DNA of 63,674 bases, filler included. It is 6 parts of 6 records of this genome, joined end to end, with 100 filler letters (N's around TTAATTAATTAA, not from the genome) between each part and the next. Parts side by side here need not be neighbours in the genome. Positions count along the whole stretch, not along the records: positions 17,038 to 28,408 come from DRR723986_16502; positions 28,509 to 49,845 come from DRR723986_16504; 4 more parts are not named here. One strand, written 5' to 3'. Positions 21,043 through 30,902 of this stretch are shown here, piece by piece. Within the stretch, counting starts at the first letter, position 1; the number at the start of each line of letters is the position of its first letter. Position numbers and translations under genes: made by a program. The notes under the pieces are model-generated. The model saw only the letters and a program-made list of their open reading frames with translations, was not told the origin of the DNA and did not search any database.

Positions 21043-21603
21043 ATGAAGCGTTTCGTAGGATTGGCACTATCTGCCGTACTATTTGCATCGACCGCCATGG
21101 CTGCAGATTTCAAGAGCGGCCCAGAAGCAGGAAAGCGACTTGGAGCTTTCGATGTCGTTAAGTGCGCTGGTGCAGAAGATGACAGCGTCGAAGTTGGCAA
21201 GAAGCTTTGCTATCGCTGCAAGAATGGCTCGCGTCCGCAAGTGATCGTATTCACCAAGTCGACTGGTGAGGAAGTCACCAAGCTGGCCAAACTGCTTGAC
21301 ACCCACGTGAAGAAGTTTGAAGAAGAACAACTGCGTGCATTCGTCAACGTTCTCGGTGAGAGCAAGGACGCTGCGGACGCCCAAGCGAAGAAGCTAGCCA
21401 AGGCGGCCAAGACGGAAATGATCCCGTTCGTCGTGCCAGTAGAGTTTGCAAACGGACCAGAAAACTATGGCCTGAATCCAAAGGCTGAAGTCACTATCGT
21501 GATCGCGAACGAAAGCAAGATTGTATCAAGCTTCGGTTTCAAATCCGCTGAGAAGCTTGACGCGGAAGCAATCACAAAGACCGTCAAGAAGATGCTCAAC
21601 TAG
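21043..21603 (+). CDS. Secreted planctomycete thioredoxin-fold-like protein with CxxC
   Basis: AAGGAG RBS, signal peptide, KLCYRCKNGSRPQVIVF; followed by a terminator. Confidence 0.7.
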   Translation: MKRFVGLALSAVLFASTAMAADFKSGPEAGKRLGAFDVVKCAGAEDDSVEVGKKLCYRCKNGSRPQVIVFTKSTGEEVTKLAKLLDTHVKKFEEEQLRAFVNVLGESKDAADAQAKKLAKAAKTEMIPFVVPVEFANGPENYGLNPKAEVTIVIANESKIVSSFGFKSAEKLDAEAITKTVKKMLN

Positions 21604-21633
21604 AGCCGACGATTGACCAACAATTGAATAATT

Positions 21634-21670
21634 AAAGCCGAAGCAGTCGACCGATTGCTTCGGCTTTTTT
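21634..21670 (+). terminator. Intrinsic terminator
   Basis: AAAGCCGAAGCAGTCG-AC-CGATTGCTTCGGCTTTTTT. Confidence 0.85.
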
Positions 21671-22292
21671 CTTTGGTACACCTCAGTCTTTCAACCTGGG
21701 GTACTTGCGATTGTCGCTCGATTTATGAGTCGCAAGTGCTTACGACTCGGAGAGTCGAGCGGCATTGCCCTGTCTGCGAGGCGGCAGCGCTTCGCCTGTT
21801 TGACGTCGCGGAATCAGAGACCAGAGTCCTTCCCACATGACTTCGACAAGCAAAATAGTGCCGTATTCGGTCGCGAAGGCACGGTTCTGTGAGAGGTCTG
21901 AGTCAGCGTTCCGTCCTATCTCGGTGTGTTCGTAGGCTCGGACTATTCGACATGGCAGGCTCCCCCCGTTGCTCAAACTTACCGCAAGAACCAAAGAGCC
22001 AGTACGCTTCTGGGGGCGATAAACCAGCCAAAGGCCAAACATTTCTTTAGTCTTGCTCTTCCCTTTGGTGCAACATTTCACAAAGTTTTCGTACTCGGCT
22101 CCGTGGAATTAAGTTGCAAGGGGCGCTCCGATCGTGCTAGCCTGAATTCTCTGGCGGCCACATTGTTCTGTACAAAGCACTGCCGCTAACCGAAAGGGAT
22201 GCCGGAAAAGCATGCTGGACGTTGCCCTCGTGCCGTCCTGGCTGTTTCAGCGTTACGATTCGTAATTCGTCAAGACTTGAGGAGAGTTGCCA

Positions 22293-22781
22293 ATGGTTGT
22301 TGCACTGACTGCGAAAGATGTAATGACAAAGAACCTGATCACACTGCGTGATAGTATGGACGTGTTTGACGCGGTCGACACGCTGCTAAAGAAACGCATA
22401 TCCGGTGCACCTGTCATTGATGCGCACGGGGCGTTTGTTGGGATATTCTCGGAAAGTTCCTGCGTTCGTGTTGTCGTCGACGCGGCCTACGAGGGCCTTC
22501 CACGAGTAGGATTGATGCAGTTCGTTGATCGCAACCCGCCGACTGTCGAACCGGAAACCGACGTGCTCTCGATTTGCCGTACATTCATTGATCAAGCAAC
22601 GCGGCGTTTGCCGGTGCTCGATCACGGACGCCTCGTCGGTCAAGTAAGCAGAAGAGACGTGATGCGGCAGATGCGCAAGGTGCTTCATGCAACAGGCAAC
22701 AACGAATCGCACCAGGCTGAAACCCTATATCTATCTGCATTGGATGGAGAACTGGGAAGTCTTGCTGGTCGGATCGCCTGA
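22293..22781 (+). CDS. CBS-pair protein
   Basis: AKDVMT, ISGAPVID, RRLPVLD..LVGQVSRRDV; GAGGAG RBS (alternative TTG start at 22287). Confidence 0.9.
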   Translation: MVVALTAKDVMTKNLITLRDSMDVFDAVDTLLKKRISGAPVIDAHGAFVGIFSESSCVRVVVDAAYEGLPRVGLMQFVDRNPPTVEPETDVLSICRTFIDQATRRLPVLDHGRLVGQVSRRDVMRQMRKVLHATGNNESHQAETLYLSALDGELGSLAGRIA

Positions 22782-22846
22782 TTCAGCGAATGGCAATGAG
22801 AATTTGCCGCCGCGTCTTGTGGGACGCTTGCTTTGGTGTGCAACTT

Positions 22847-23425
22847 CTATGCGGAGCGCATTTCGCGCATCGCCTGACGAGCTCTTGATAGCAGTGGTCC
22901 AACGCTGTTTTCGGGGATGCCCAACGTGCTGCTGATGTCCGTATAGGACTTGTGCTCGAGGTGATAAAGTCTCACGACGCGTGCCTGTTGGTCCGGCAGT
23001 TTTCGAAGCAGTGTTTGAACTTCTTCGATATTGTCAATTTTCAACTCGTTTGCCCCAGGATCCACCGGTTCAACTACAGACGGAGATTGAATCACTGCTG
23101 GTGCAACCGCGTGTGCTCGCCCCACCTGCTTAGCTAGAGCTCGGACTGCGACGCGTCGGCTAAGCACAACTAGGTAGGTTCCAAGTGAGCTCTGTCCGCG
23201 AAACCGCTTCAAGGCTGCGAATTGGTTGTCAACTATGTTCAGCAGCACTTCGGCTACCAGATCGTCACGGAGAGGTGAATTGGTTTGCCAGCCTCGAGAT
23301 TCAAGGCATCGATTGACGACATGAGTGATCAGAGGCAGGTATGAGTCGACGAACTCTTCCCAGGCTCCGGGTGCAGCTTCTACGCACGATGAAATGAGGA
23401 GTCTATCACGATCGGAGAGAACCAC
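22847..23425 (-). CDS. ECF RNA polymerase sigma factor
   Basis: AWEEFV, DDLVAEV, FRGQSSLGTYL (sigma2); SYTDISSTLGIPENSVGPLLSRAR (sigma4). Confidence 0.9.
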   Translation of the reverse strand: MVLSDRDRLLISSCVEAAPGAWEEFVDSYLPLITHVVNRCLESRGWQTNSPLRDDLVAEVLLNIVDNQFAALKRFRGQSSLGTYLVVLSRRVAVRALAKQVGRAHAVAPAVIQSPSVVEPVDPGANELKIDNIEEVQTLLRKLPDQQARVVRLYHLEHKSYTDISSTLGIPENSVGPLLSRARQAMREMRSA

Positions 23426-23815
23426 AGTTTTCTGTCCTTAGCGAACGATCGAACCAGCAGTACGGCAACCATTTTGCAGTACGGACCCCACACATTCCAT
23501 ATTAGGTGGCCACCCTTTAGATAGCAACTCTTTGAGTAAGCGAACCATGCGATGAGGTCAGAATCGCCCCCTTTAGGCCCTTCAGAGTCGGCTCAAATAG
23601 CGCCATTGACCGGTTGAAGGTGTCTCAACCTCTGCCCCCACCTCGGTAGGGCGTGCTCTGGCGACGAGCGCTGGATTCGCAATCTAGTCAGGATGATCTG
23701 TCGAGTTGAGACGTCGCTGGACCAACTGAAGCTGAAATCGACGTAGCCGCATCCTGCCGCTCCTGCACATCACCGTGGAGCTTGACGGGCTGCTTTGCCT
23801 TCCGAATCATCCTCA

Positions 23816-23851
23816 CAGAGCAACTTGGCAACTCAGAGCAACTTGACAACG
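23816..23851. repeat. Tandem 18-bp direct repeat
   Basis: CAGAGCAACTTGGCAACT / CAGAGCAACTTGACAACG. Confidence 0.65.
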
Positions 23852-24063
23852 TATCTTGCCAACTCTAACATCCACTTCGCAGGCGGCGGACTCGAAAGTG
23901 AGTGTCAGTGGGCGAACGCCTAGAATTTTATAACTCGCTCCTATTGCGGGTAAAAAACGCTCAACTGCTTACTTTTATGGTCTCGATACAGTAAGAGCCA
24001 GGATGCTCCAGAATGCATCTGCTGGATTGTTCAGTTTGATTTTTAAGGAAGGTCGGATTCACT

Positions 24064-24342
24064 ATGACTCATGTCGTCGCTCAGCCCTGTGTTGGTTGCC
24101 GTTACACGGACTGCGTCGTGGTTTGCCCAGTAGAGTGCTTCTACGAAGGCGAAAAGATGCTTTACATCCACCCAGAAGAGTGCATCGATTGTGAAGCATG
24201 TGTGCCCGAATGCCCCGTTGAGGCGATTTTCCACGAGGATAATGTTCCTGAAGAATGGAACGAGTACATTCAAATGAATGCGGATATGGCTGAAAAGACC
24301 GAAGTCATTACCGAGAAAAAGCCACCTCTGGCAGACAGCTAG
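24064..24342 (+). CDS. FdxA-type (7Fe-like) ferredoxin
   Basis: [14 protein letters not shown] and [12 protein letters not shown]. Confidence 0.93.
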   Translation: MTHVVAQPCVGCRYTDCVVVCPVECFYEGEKMLYIHPEECIDCEACVPECPVEAIFHEDNVPEEWNEYIQMNADMAEKTEVITEKKPPLADS

Positions 24343-24395
24343 GTCGCATGGCGACATCGCGGACCGTATCGGACCGCCTCAGAGTTATACAACGC

Positions 24396-24422
24396 AGGGA
24401 GCCCAAGTCGGCTCCCTTTTTT
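24396..24422 (+). terminator. Intrinsic terminator
   Basis: AGGGAGCC-CAAGTC-GGCTCCCT followed by a T run. Confidence 0.8.
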
Positions 24423-24640
24423 GTTTGGCCATTTCAAGCACCTTTGAATTCTCAGTCGAAGGTCAGGCTATTCTGCATTGCGTAGATTTGCTTGAGACGA
24501 TACGCTTTTCGGCTTGGTATACGCACGCGATGGGCGTGACGAGCCATTTTCATATGTTTGGATGCTGTTTTGAGTAGCCGAAGGTCCAACTCGGGACCTG
24601 TGCAGAAGCATTGGTGAAGGCAGTCCAAGAAAGGAACAAA

Positions 24641-25393
24641 ATGCAAAGCGAGTTTGTAAAACAGTTGATCGACGCTGGCGTTCACTTCGGCCACCGAGTG
24701 AGCCGCTGGAACCCGAAGATGAAGCCGTACATCTACGGCAAGAAAAACGCGATCCACATTCTCGATATCCGCGAAACACTTCGCGGCCTGTTGCGAGCTA
24801 AGAAATACCTCAACCAAGTTGCCGCTGGTGGCAGCCTTGTGCTCTTTGTCGGTACCAAGCGTCAAGCGTCTGATACGGTGCAGGAACAAGCTGAGCGTTG
24901 CGGCATGCCCTTCGTCTCCGAACGATGGTTGGGTGGCGCGCTGACGAACTTCCGAACCATTCGTAACCGTCTTGGGCGCTTGGAAGAGTTGGAAGCAATT
25001 CGCGGCTCCGACCAAATCAACACCTACTCAAAGAAGATGCAGTCGGCGCTCAACCGCGAGTATCGCAAGATCTACCGTAACCTTAACGGTCTGCGATCCA
25101 TGAACCGAATGCCTGAGTGCTTGGTGATCGTGGACCCAAGCAAGGAACGCAATGCGATTCGCGAAGCTCGTCGCCTTGGCATCACTACGGTCGCTTTGAT
25201 CGATACCGATTCCGATCCAGATCAAATCGATCTGCCAATTCCAGGCAACGACGATGGTATCCGGTCCATCGAATTGTTGCTCTCTCAGCTTTCTGATGCG
25301 ATCATCGCAGGCAAGGCAGAGAACCCAGAGCACCAGAAGAAGAAGGACGCGGAAGCTGCTGGCGAGGCTGTTCCAGCAGAAGCACAGGGCTAA
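24641..25393 (+). CDS. rpsB: 30S ribosomal protein S2
   Basis: [45 protein letters not shown] after AAGGA. Confidence 0.97.
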   Translation: MQSEFVKQLIDAGVHFGHRVSRWNPKMKPYIYGKKNAIHILDIRETLRGLLRAKKYLNQVAAGGSLVLFVGTKRQASDTVQEQAERCGMPFVSERWLGGALTNFRTIRNRLGRLEELEAIRGSDQINTYSKKMQSALNREYRKIYRNLNGLRSMNRMPECLVIVDPSKERNAIREARRLGITTVALIDTDSDPDQIDLPIPGNDDGIRSIELLLSQLSDAIIAGKAENPEHQKKKDAEAAGEAVPAEAQG

Positions 25394-25756
25394 GTTTCCC
25401 TCCCCAGTCTGAGTTTGCCAGTTCGGCGTTCAAAGCGTTGACTGGCGTCCCAGTGACTGGTTTCCGAGCAACAGGTTTCTGAGCAACTTCGCGTAGTAAT
25501 CCTTTCCGAACTAAATTCGAGGGATATCGCAACCGTTGACAGGCTGGCAGCACAAAACCGCTTTAGTGAACGTCCTTGTCTCGACGTTCATGACATAGCG
25601 AACTTCTCATGGCGTTAGAGAGTCTGACTTCTCTACCGCCACCCAGGCCCGCAATTGATCTCGCGTTCTCGGAGCACCGATTCGTTCGCGGCGGTTGATT
25701 CGGCCAATTCGATAGAAACACACAATTGAATTTTGTTGACTGAAGAAGGAAGACAA

Positions 25757-26731
25757 ATGTCTATCTCAGCAAAAGATGTAGCTGAACTCCGCAAGGCGAC
25801 CGGTGCCGGTCTGATGGATTGCAAAAAGGCACTTCAAGAAGGTGGCGATTACGAGGGAGCTCTAGATTACCTTCGAAAGAAGGGCCAGAAAGTTGCGGCC
25901 AAACGAGCTGATCGCGATGCAACCGAAGGTGTCGTGGTAACGGTTACCAACGACGCTGGTACGACCGGCGTTGTCATGGCTTTGAGCTGTGAAACGGACT
26001 TCGTTGCAAAGAACGAGAGCTTTGTTGAGCTTGCTAACCAGATTGCGACTGCCGCTCTTGAAGCTGGCTGCAATTCTGCTGAAGAGGTCACTGCGCTGAC
26101 GATGGACGGTCAAACCGTCGCAGAGAAACTTGTCGAGAACACCGGCAAGATCGGCGAGAAGATCGAGGTTTCCAGCTACGCAAAGATCGAAGGCGAGAAG
26201 CTCGCTTCGTACATTCATGCTGGCAGCAAAATTGGCGTCTTGATGTCCTACAAGGACGGTGGCAAAGACGGTGCGGATCAGTTCTTCCGTGGCATCGCGA
26301 TGCACGTCGCTGCTATGAACCCATCGATCCTGCACTACAGCGAATTTGACATGGACTTGGTTGAGAAAGAAACCACATCCATGGCGGAACAGATCAAGGT
26401 TGAGAACGAAGACCGCGAGCGTCTTGGTAAAACTCTCAAGACGGTTCCGCAGTACGTTAGCCGATGTCAATTGACACCAGAAGTTATGGCTGCAGCAGAG
26501 AACCAAATTAAGGAAGAGCTCAAGGCAGAAGGAAAGCCCGAAAAGATTTGGGACCGGATCCTACCAGGTAAGATCGAGCGTTTCGTTGCCGACAACACGC
26601 TGCTAGATCAAGAGCGTTGCTTGTTGAACCAGTTCTTCGCAATGGACGATTCCAAGACGGTTGAACAGGTTGTCAACGAGTTTCACGCTGACGCCGAAAT
26701 CGTTGCCTACAGCCGCGTTGCCGTAGGCTAA
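25757..26731 (+). CDS. tsf: Translation elongation factor Ts
   Basis: LRKATGAGLMDCKKAL, CETDFVAKN, KIGEKI, YIH, MHVAAM, GKPEKIW. Confidence 0.97.
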   Translation: MSISAKDVAELRKATGAGLMDCKKALQEGGDYEGALDYLRKKGQKVAAKRADRDATEGVVVTVTNDAGTTGVVMALSCETDFVAKNESFVELANQIATAALEAGCNSAEEVTALTMDGQTVAEKLVENTGKIGEKIEVSSYAKIEGEKLASYIHAGSKIGVLMSYKDGGKDGADQFFRGIAMHVAAMNPSILHYSEFDMDLVEKETTSMAEQIKVENEDRERLGKTLKTVPQYVSRCQLTPEVMAAAENQIKEELKAEGKPEKIWDRILPGKIERFVADNTLLDQERCLLNQFFAMDDSKTVEQVVNEFHADAEIVAYSRVAVG

Positions 26732-26765
26732 GTACCACGACCGACTTCGACATCAATTACTATCG

Positions 26766-26802
26766 AACCGGCAGCAAGCATCGACTTGCTGCCGGTTTTT
26801 TT
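26766..26802 (+). terminator. Intrinsic terminator of rpsB-tsf
   Basis: AACCGGCAGCAAG-CATCGA-CTTGCTGCCGGTT followed by a T run. Confidence 0.88.
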
Positions 26803-27074
26803 GTCGAACTCTCGAAAGCCCACCTAACCCATCAGTCGCCCCTGGCCGTATATTTCACGCCGCCTCGGGTTCCGAAATCGCTTCCCCTTTTTCGGGAGAG
26901 GCAACCGAGAATGCTTGTCCGGAAAAGGATTCTCGGTTGCCGGAGCCAGTAGCACTCTCGATACGGTCAAAGCTCTGCAGCTAACGTTGACCTGCCACGG
27001 AAAGAGAGTGGTGTTTGTGGCTATTCAATCGCGATTCGCGTTGTTTAGTCCGAAACTGCTCAATCTTTGGGTTT

Positions 27075-27992
27075 CTAAACCAACCCGGCACGTTCCTTTG
27101 GATCGCGAAGCCCATTGGCAAGCTTGGCAAGTGCCTCGGTCTCAATCTGGCGTACACGTTCTCGGGTAAGTCCGAGCTCAGCACCGATTTCCTTGAGTGT
27201 ATGCGACTGGGTGTCACCAAGTCCGAATCGCATGCGAAGTACGGTCGCTTCGCGCGTGTCGAGATTTTCGAGCATCTCGAGTACGGTGCTGAGCACGTCA
27301 TGGTCAAGCAACTCTTCATCCGGAGCTTTGAGTCGTTCATCCATGACCATCTCGCCTAGAGACCATCCTGCGTCGGATTGATCGCTCTGAGGCGTGCTGT
27401 TGTAAATCTGAATCGCCTTCTTGATGATTGGCAATTTCTTGCGCGGCAATCCAAGAATCCGGCCAACCTCTTCTTGCGTCGGTGAACGCCCGAGTTCTTC
27501 AGTTAGCCGGGCCGATGCCCTACGCCACTTACTCAATAGCTCGACCATGTAGGCGGGGATTCTGATCGTCTTGGCGGAGTTGATCAGGGCTCGCTTGATC
27601 GACTGCTTAATCCAGTAACTAGCGTAGGTGCTGAATCGCGTCCCAACTTCCGGATCGAACCCTTCGACGGCCCGCAGCAAACCAAGGTTGCCTTCTTCGA
27701 TTAAGTCTTGCAGACCGAGCCCTTTGCCGACGTAGCCTCGTGCAATATTGACGACCAGTCGCAAATTAGCGCGAACCATGTGGTCACGGGCACGCACGTC
27801 ACCCTGGCCAATCTTCCGTGCGAGATCGCGTTCTTCTTCTGCAGTAAGTAGCGCCGTCTCGTTAATCTCGCGAAGATATGTCTCCAGCGGACTCTGAGGT
27901 TGAACGTCGTCGGACTTCCGGGACTGGCGAGACGACCGAAGTGCCTTGCGTGCTTCGGTCAACTCGTCAACTTTTTGCTCGGTTTCGGACAT
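27075..27992 (-). CDS. Sigma-70 family factor, RpoD/RpoS type without region 1.1
   Basis: YLREI, ANLRLVVNIA, DLIEEGNLGL, RFSTYASYWIKQSI, TLKEIG..LTRERVRQIE. Confidence 0.93.
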   Translation of the reverse strand: MSETEQKVDELTEARKALRSSRQSRKSDDVQPQSPLETYLREINETALLTAEEERDLARKIGQGDVRARDHMVRANLRLVVNIARGYVGKGLGLQDLIEEGNLGLLRAVEGFDPEVGTRFSTYASYWIKQSIKRALINSAKTIRIPAYMVELLSKWRRASARLTEELGRSPTQEEVGRILGLPRKKLPIIKKAIQIYNSTPQSDQSDAGWSLGEMVMDERLKAPDEELLDHDVLSTVLEMLENLDTREATVLRMRFGLGDTQSHTLKEIGAELGLTRERVRQIETEALAKLANGLRDPKERAGLV

Positions 27993-28408
27993 AACGTTCT
28001 CTACTACTGGCGATCTAAGTTTACTTGCGATCTCGGATGTCACTGGCGGGGCCTTCTTCCATAACCACGGATAGGTCGAGGGGAAGATGGTCTCGGTAGG
28101 AAGCAGGCAGCGAATGCTTGCATTGCCTTACTGAGAGAGGGTATCGTCGAATGTGACCAGAAGAATCAACGGTTTGCGAAACACTTCCGCTTGTTCCGCT
28201 TATTCCGTCTGGGCCATGCCTGCCCCCTAGAGAAACTCTGTGGTCACCCGCAACAATGCAAAGAGGTCCGAACTTTGTTGCGCCTGCGCGAATCAGACAA
28301 TTCGAATCGCGGGATTCAGATCCAATTTCGGCAATAATATAGTCTCACCCACTTCCGCGTCAGAGGCGACGTCGCCCGCTGCACTCCCGAAGCTTGTATC
28401 CAGGTGGA

Positions 28409-28508
28409 NNNNNNNNNNNNNNNNNNNNNNNNNNNNNNNNNNNNNNNNNNNNTTAATTAATTAANNNNNNNNNNNNNNNNNNNNNNNNNNNNNNNNNNNN
28501 NNNNNNNN
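28409..28508. other. Artificial contig-joining spacer
   Basis: 44 N + TTAATTAATTAA + 44 N. Confidence 0.98.
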
Positions 28509-28545
28509 TATGAGCCCGACGAGCTACCAACTGCTCCACCCCGCA
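28509..28545 (-). tRNA. Initiator tRNA-fMet (CAT), 5' half only, truncated by contig end
   Basis: Minus strand reads TGCGGGGTGGAGCAGTTGGTAGCTCGTCGGGCTCATA: acceptor, D arm, and GGG anticodon stem with CAT. Confidence 0.9.
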
Positions 28546-28580
28546 ATATATCTTGAGTTAATTTTCTCTAATTGCGAGTG

Positions 28581-28612
28581 CAAATATAATTTCTTTTTGG
28601 TTCCAAAACAAA
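28581..28612 (-). promoter_or_regulatory. Bacteroidota housekeeping promoter for the tRNA
   Basis: Minus strand TTTG-N20-TATATTTG matches the -33/-7 (TAnnTTTG) consensus. Confidence 0.7.
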
Positions 28613-28710
28613 CTTTCAAGAAAAATTAGCGAATGATTTCGTTTTAAGACAGGAATCGCTCATTCTTGCCTGTTCAAGTTAACATTGATTTATTTTCTCA
28701 GTCATCTTTC

Positions 28711-28724
28711 ATGATTAAAATCAC
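28711..28724. promoter_or_regulatory. FNR/Crp-like palindrome upstream of first USP operon
   Basis: ATGAT-TAAA-ATCAC; TAAGTTTG -7 element at 28769-28776. Confidence 0.5.
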
Positions 28725-28790
28725 AGATTTTTCAGACTGAAGTCAGTTTATTTCCTTCCTATCTATTATAAGTTTGTAAAAAACTAAAGC

Positions 28791-29588
28791 ATGACTATTC
28801 TTATTCCAACTGACCTTGGTGGTGACCATGAAGACCGATTGTTAGACTTACTAGATTTACTTCAAGATGGAGCTCGGATTGTTTTATTTCATTCAGTTGA
28901 ATCCAAAACGGCCGGTACTGCGGGAGTAATAAATATGGATCAACTGATGTACGAAGATGCTTGTAAAAACATGGAAGAGCTACTCAAAAAGATTCGTATT
29001 AAACAAAAAGACCGCTTGAAGATTGAGAGTAATGTACTTTGCGGCTACTTTGATTCAGACTTAGAAATGACCATTAACGCTGTAAAGCCAAATTTACTCG
29101 TATTAATTTCGAAATCTCGTAAAGGAATAGACAAACTAATGGACAAAAGGAAATCATTAGGTGTTATTGGTGAAATTAAACAACCTTTACTAGTAATTCC
29201 AGCCGAGGCTGAAATCAATAACCTGCACAGAGTTGGTTTTGCCATTGATCAAAAAGAACCACTTAGTGATCACGTATTGAATCAATTGTCATTTTTTACG
29301 GGCTATTTCAAATCAGATTTAAGAACTTTTCATGTAAATGACCACAGTGAAGAGAACCTGGATTATTACTCAGAAATCTCTGGTCCTTCAGATTTTACCG
29401 GAAAAGTAGAAATTACTTTAAGCGAAGATGTCAAAACAGGTATTGACGAATGGGTAGCAGAAAATGAGGCTGATGTATTAGCGATAGTCACCCATGATAA
29501 GAACTTTTTTGAAAAGCTTTTTAAGAGTAGTATTTCTCGCAAATTAATCAAAGACAATAAAACACCTCTTTTAATTTTAACTCAATAA
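28791..29588 (+). CDS. Universal stress protein (tandem USP)
   Basis: MTILIPTD start, QPLLVIP, FFEKLFKSSISRKL..TPLLIL. Confidence 0.85.
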   Translation: MTILIPTDLGGDHEDRLLDLLDLLQDGARIVLFHSVESKTAGTAGVINMDQLMYEDACKNMEELLKKIRIKQKDRLKIESNVLCGYFDSDLEMTINAVKPNLLVLISKSRKGIDKLMDKRKSLGVIGEIKQPLLVIPAEAEINNLHRVGFAIDQKEPLSDHVLNQLSFFTGYFKSDLRTFHVNDHSEENLDYYSEISGPSDFTGKVEITLSEDVKTGIDEWVAENEADVLAIVTHDKNFFEKLFKSSISRKLIKDNKTPLLILTQ

Positions 29589-29590
29589 TT

Positions 29591-29980
29591 ATGGAAATAG
29601 TAGATCACATATATTACGGTTTTGGAAAAATCGTACTGGCAGCTATCACAGTAGATGGTAAAGTAGACAAATCAGAAGTTGCAAGTCTTCAAAGGCACTT
29701 AGATAAAGCTAAAAAGTCAAGTGATGTTAATTTAACCTTGGTTGAATTAGTTTTTAAGGACTATAAAAAATACCATAATGGTACTAGCGAAGAACTTTTA
29801 AAATCTGGAATACATGATTTTCATTTAGGAGATGCCCATCTGACACCAGAAATGGCTTCTACATTTAGATCAATTCTGATTGATGTGGTAAGTGCCGAGC
29901 CTCCTATCACAGGTGAAGAAGAAAAACTGGTAAAAGAGTTTATCACTTATTTAAACGAAAGAGAAAGAGCAGCAAATTAA
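29591..29980 (+). CDS. TerB-like helical protein
   Basis: YYGFGKIVLAAITVDGKVDKSE and a second VVSAEPPITGEE repeat (AxxDGxvxxxE-like). Confidence 0.55.
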   Translation: MEIVDHIYYGFGKIVLAAITVDGKVDKSEVASLQRHLDKAKKSSDVNLTLVELVFKDYKKYHNGTSEELLKSGIHDFHLGDAHLTPEMASTFRSILIDVVSAEPPITGEEEKLVKEFITYLNERERAAN

Positions 29981-29981
29981 C

Positions 29982-30902
29982 ATGTCCGTTTCAACTAAGC
30001 ACGTTAGTATCCTTGGGTTTGGTGGTATTGGACGCATTTTAGCTTTTCATTTACTCTCATCATCTGATGACTGTGAATTGAACATTATAGACAATAACCC
30101 AAATGTAAAAGGTGCCTTTCAAGATTTAGAGCATGCACAAACAGTTTACGGTAAGCGTAAAATTCACCTAAACAATTTTGACCTACTCGAAGAGGCCGAT
30201 TTTATTTTTCATTCTGCAGGACTTGGGGTTCCTCATGGAGAAGATAGAGCTATTGTTGTTGCAGAAAACAGTCAAATTACAAAATCATTATTTGAATCTC
30301 GAAACTTCAAAGAGACGTGTAAGGTGATAGTTATTGCTAATCCTGTTGATGCAATCACTTATTTTACTTGGAAATACTCTGGATTAAACCGATCAAACGT
30401 AGTTGGTGTCGGCACCTATCTTGACTCCAAAAGAATGAGTTATTTCATGGCCAATCAATCTATTAATAAAGATTGTATCCTACTTGGTGAGCATGGTAAA
30501 AACATAGTATTCTGTGAGCAACTCACATTTAATAATCAAGCACCAAATGATGACGAAAAAGAAATCATCAATAAATGCATACAACAAACCATTTACGCAG
30601 CACATTCAATCAAGGCATATGGAGATGCCTCAATTTATGGTGTGAGCGGATGTGCAATTGAGCTTTATCATAGGCTCCAATCCAATACAGTATCTGAATT
30701 ACCACTTACAACTGCACTAAACCCAGATTTATCTCAACGTTTAGATTGTGAAAGAACAGCCATAAGTTTAATTGTAGAAATTAATAAAACAGGAGCATAT
30801 CCTAAACTACCTAAAAAACTTTTGCCTGATGAATTGGAAAAAATAAAGGCCTCTGCCCAATGGGTAGAAGCCTCTATTTTAACATCAGAAGAATTAAGCT
30901 AA
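29982..30902 (+). CDS. Divergent lactate/malate dehydrogenase family protein
   Basis: GFGGIG, DLEHA, IANPVD, GTYLDSKR, GEHG. Confidence 0.88.
   Translation: MSVSTKHVSILGFGGIGRILAFHLLSSSDDCELNIIDNNPNVKGAFQDLEHAQTVYGKRKIHLNNFDLLEEADFIFHSAGLGVPHGEDRAIVVAENSQITKSLFESRNFKETCKVIVIANPVDAITYFTWKYSGLNRSNVVGVGTYLDSKRMSYFMANQSINKDCILLGEHGKNIVFCEQLTFNNQAPNDDEKEIINKCIQQTIYAAHSIKAYGDASIYGVSGCAIELYHRLQSNTVSELPLTTALNPDLSQRLDCERTAISLIVEINKTGAYPKLPKKLLPDELEKIKASAQWVEASILTSEELS

Noticed and set aside
23872-23921. GAAA-loop hairpin as a c-di-GMP-I riboswitch
   Set aside because: Lacks the GGCAAAC and GACGCAAAG conserved segments
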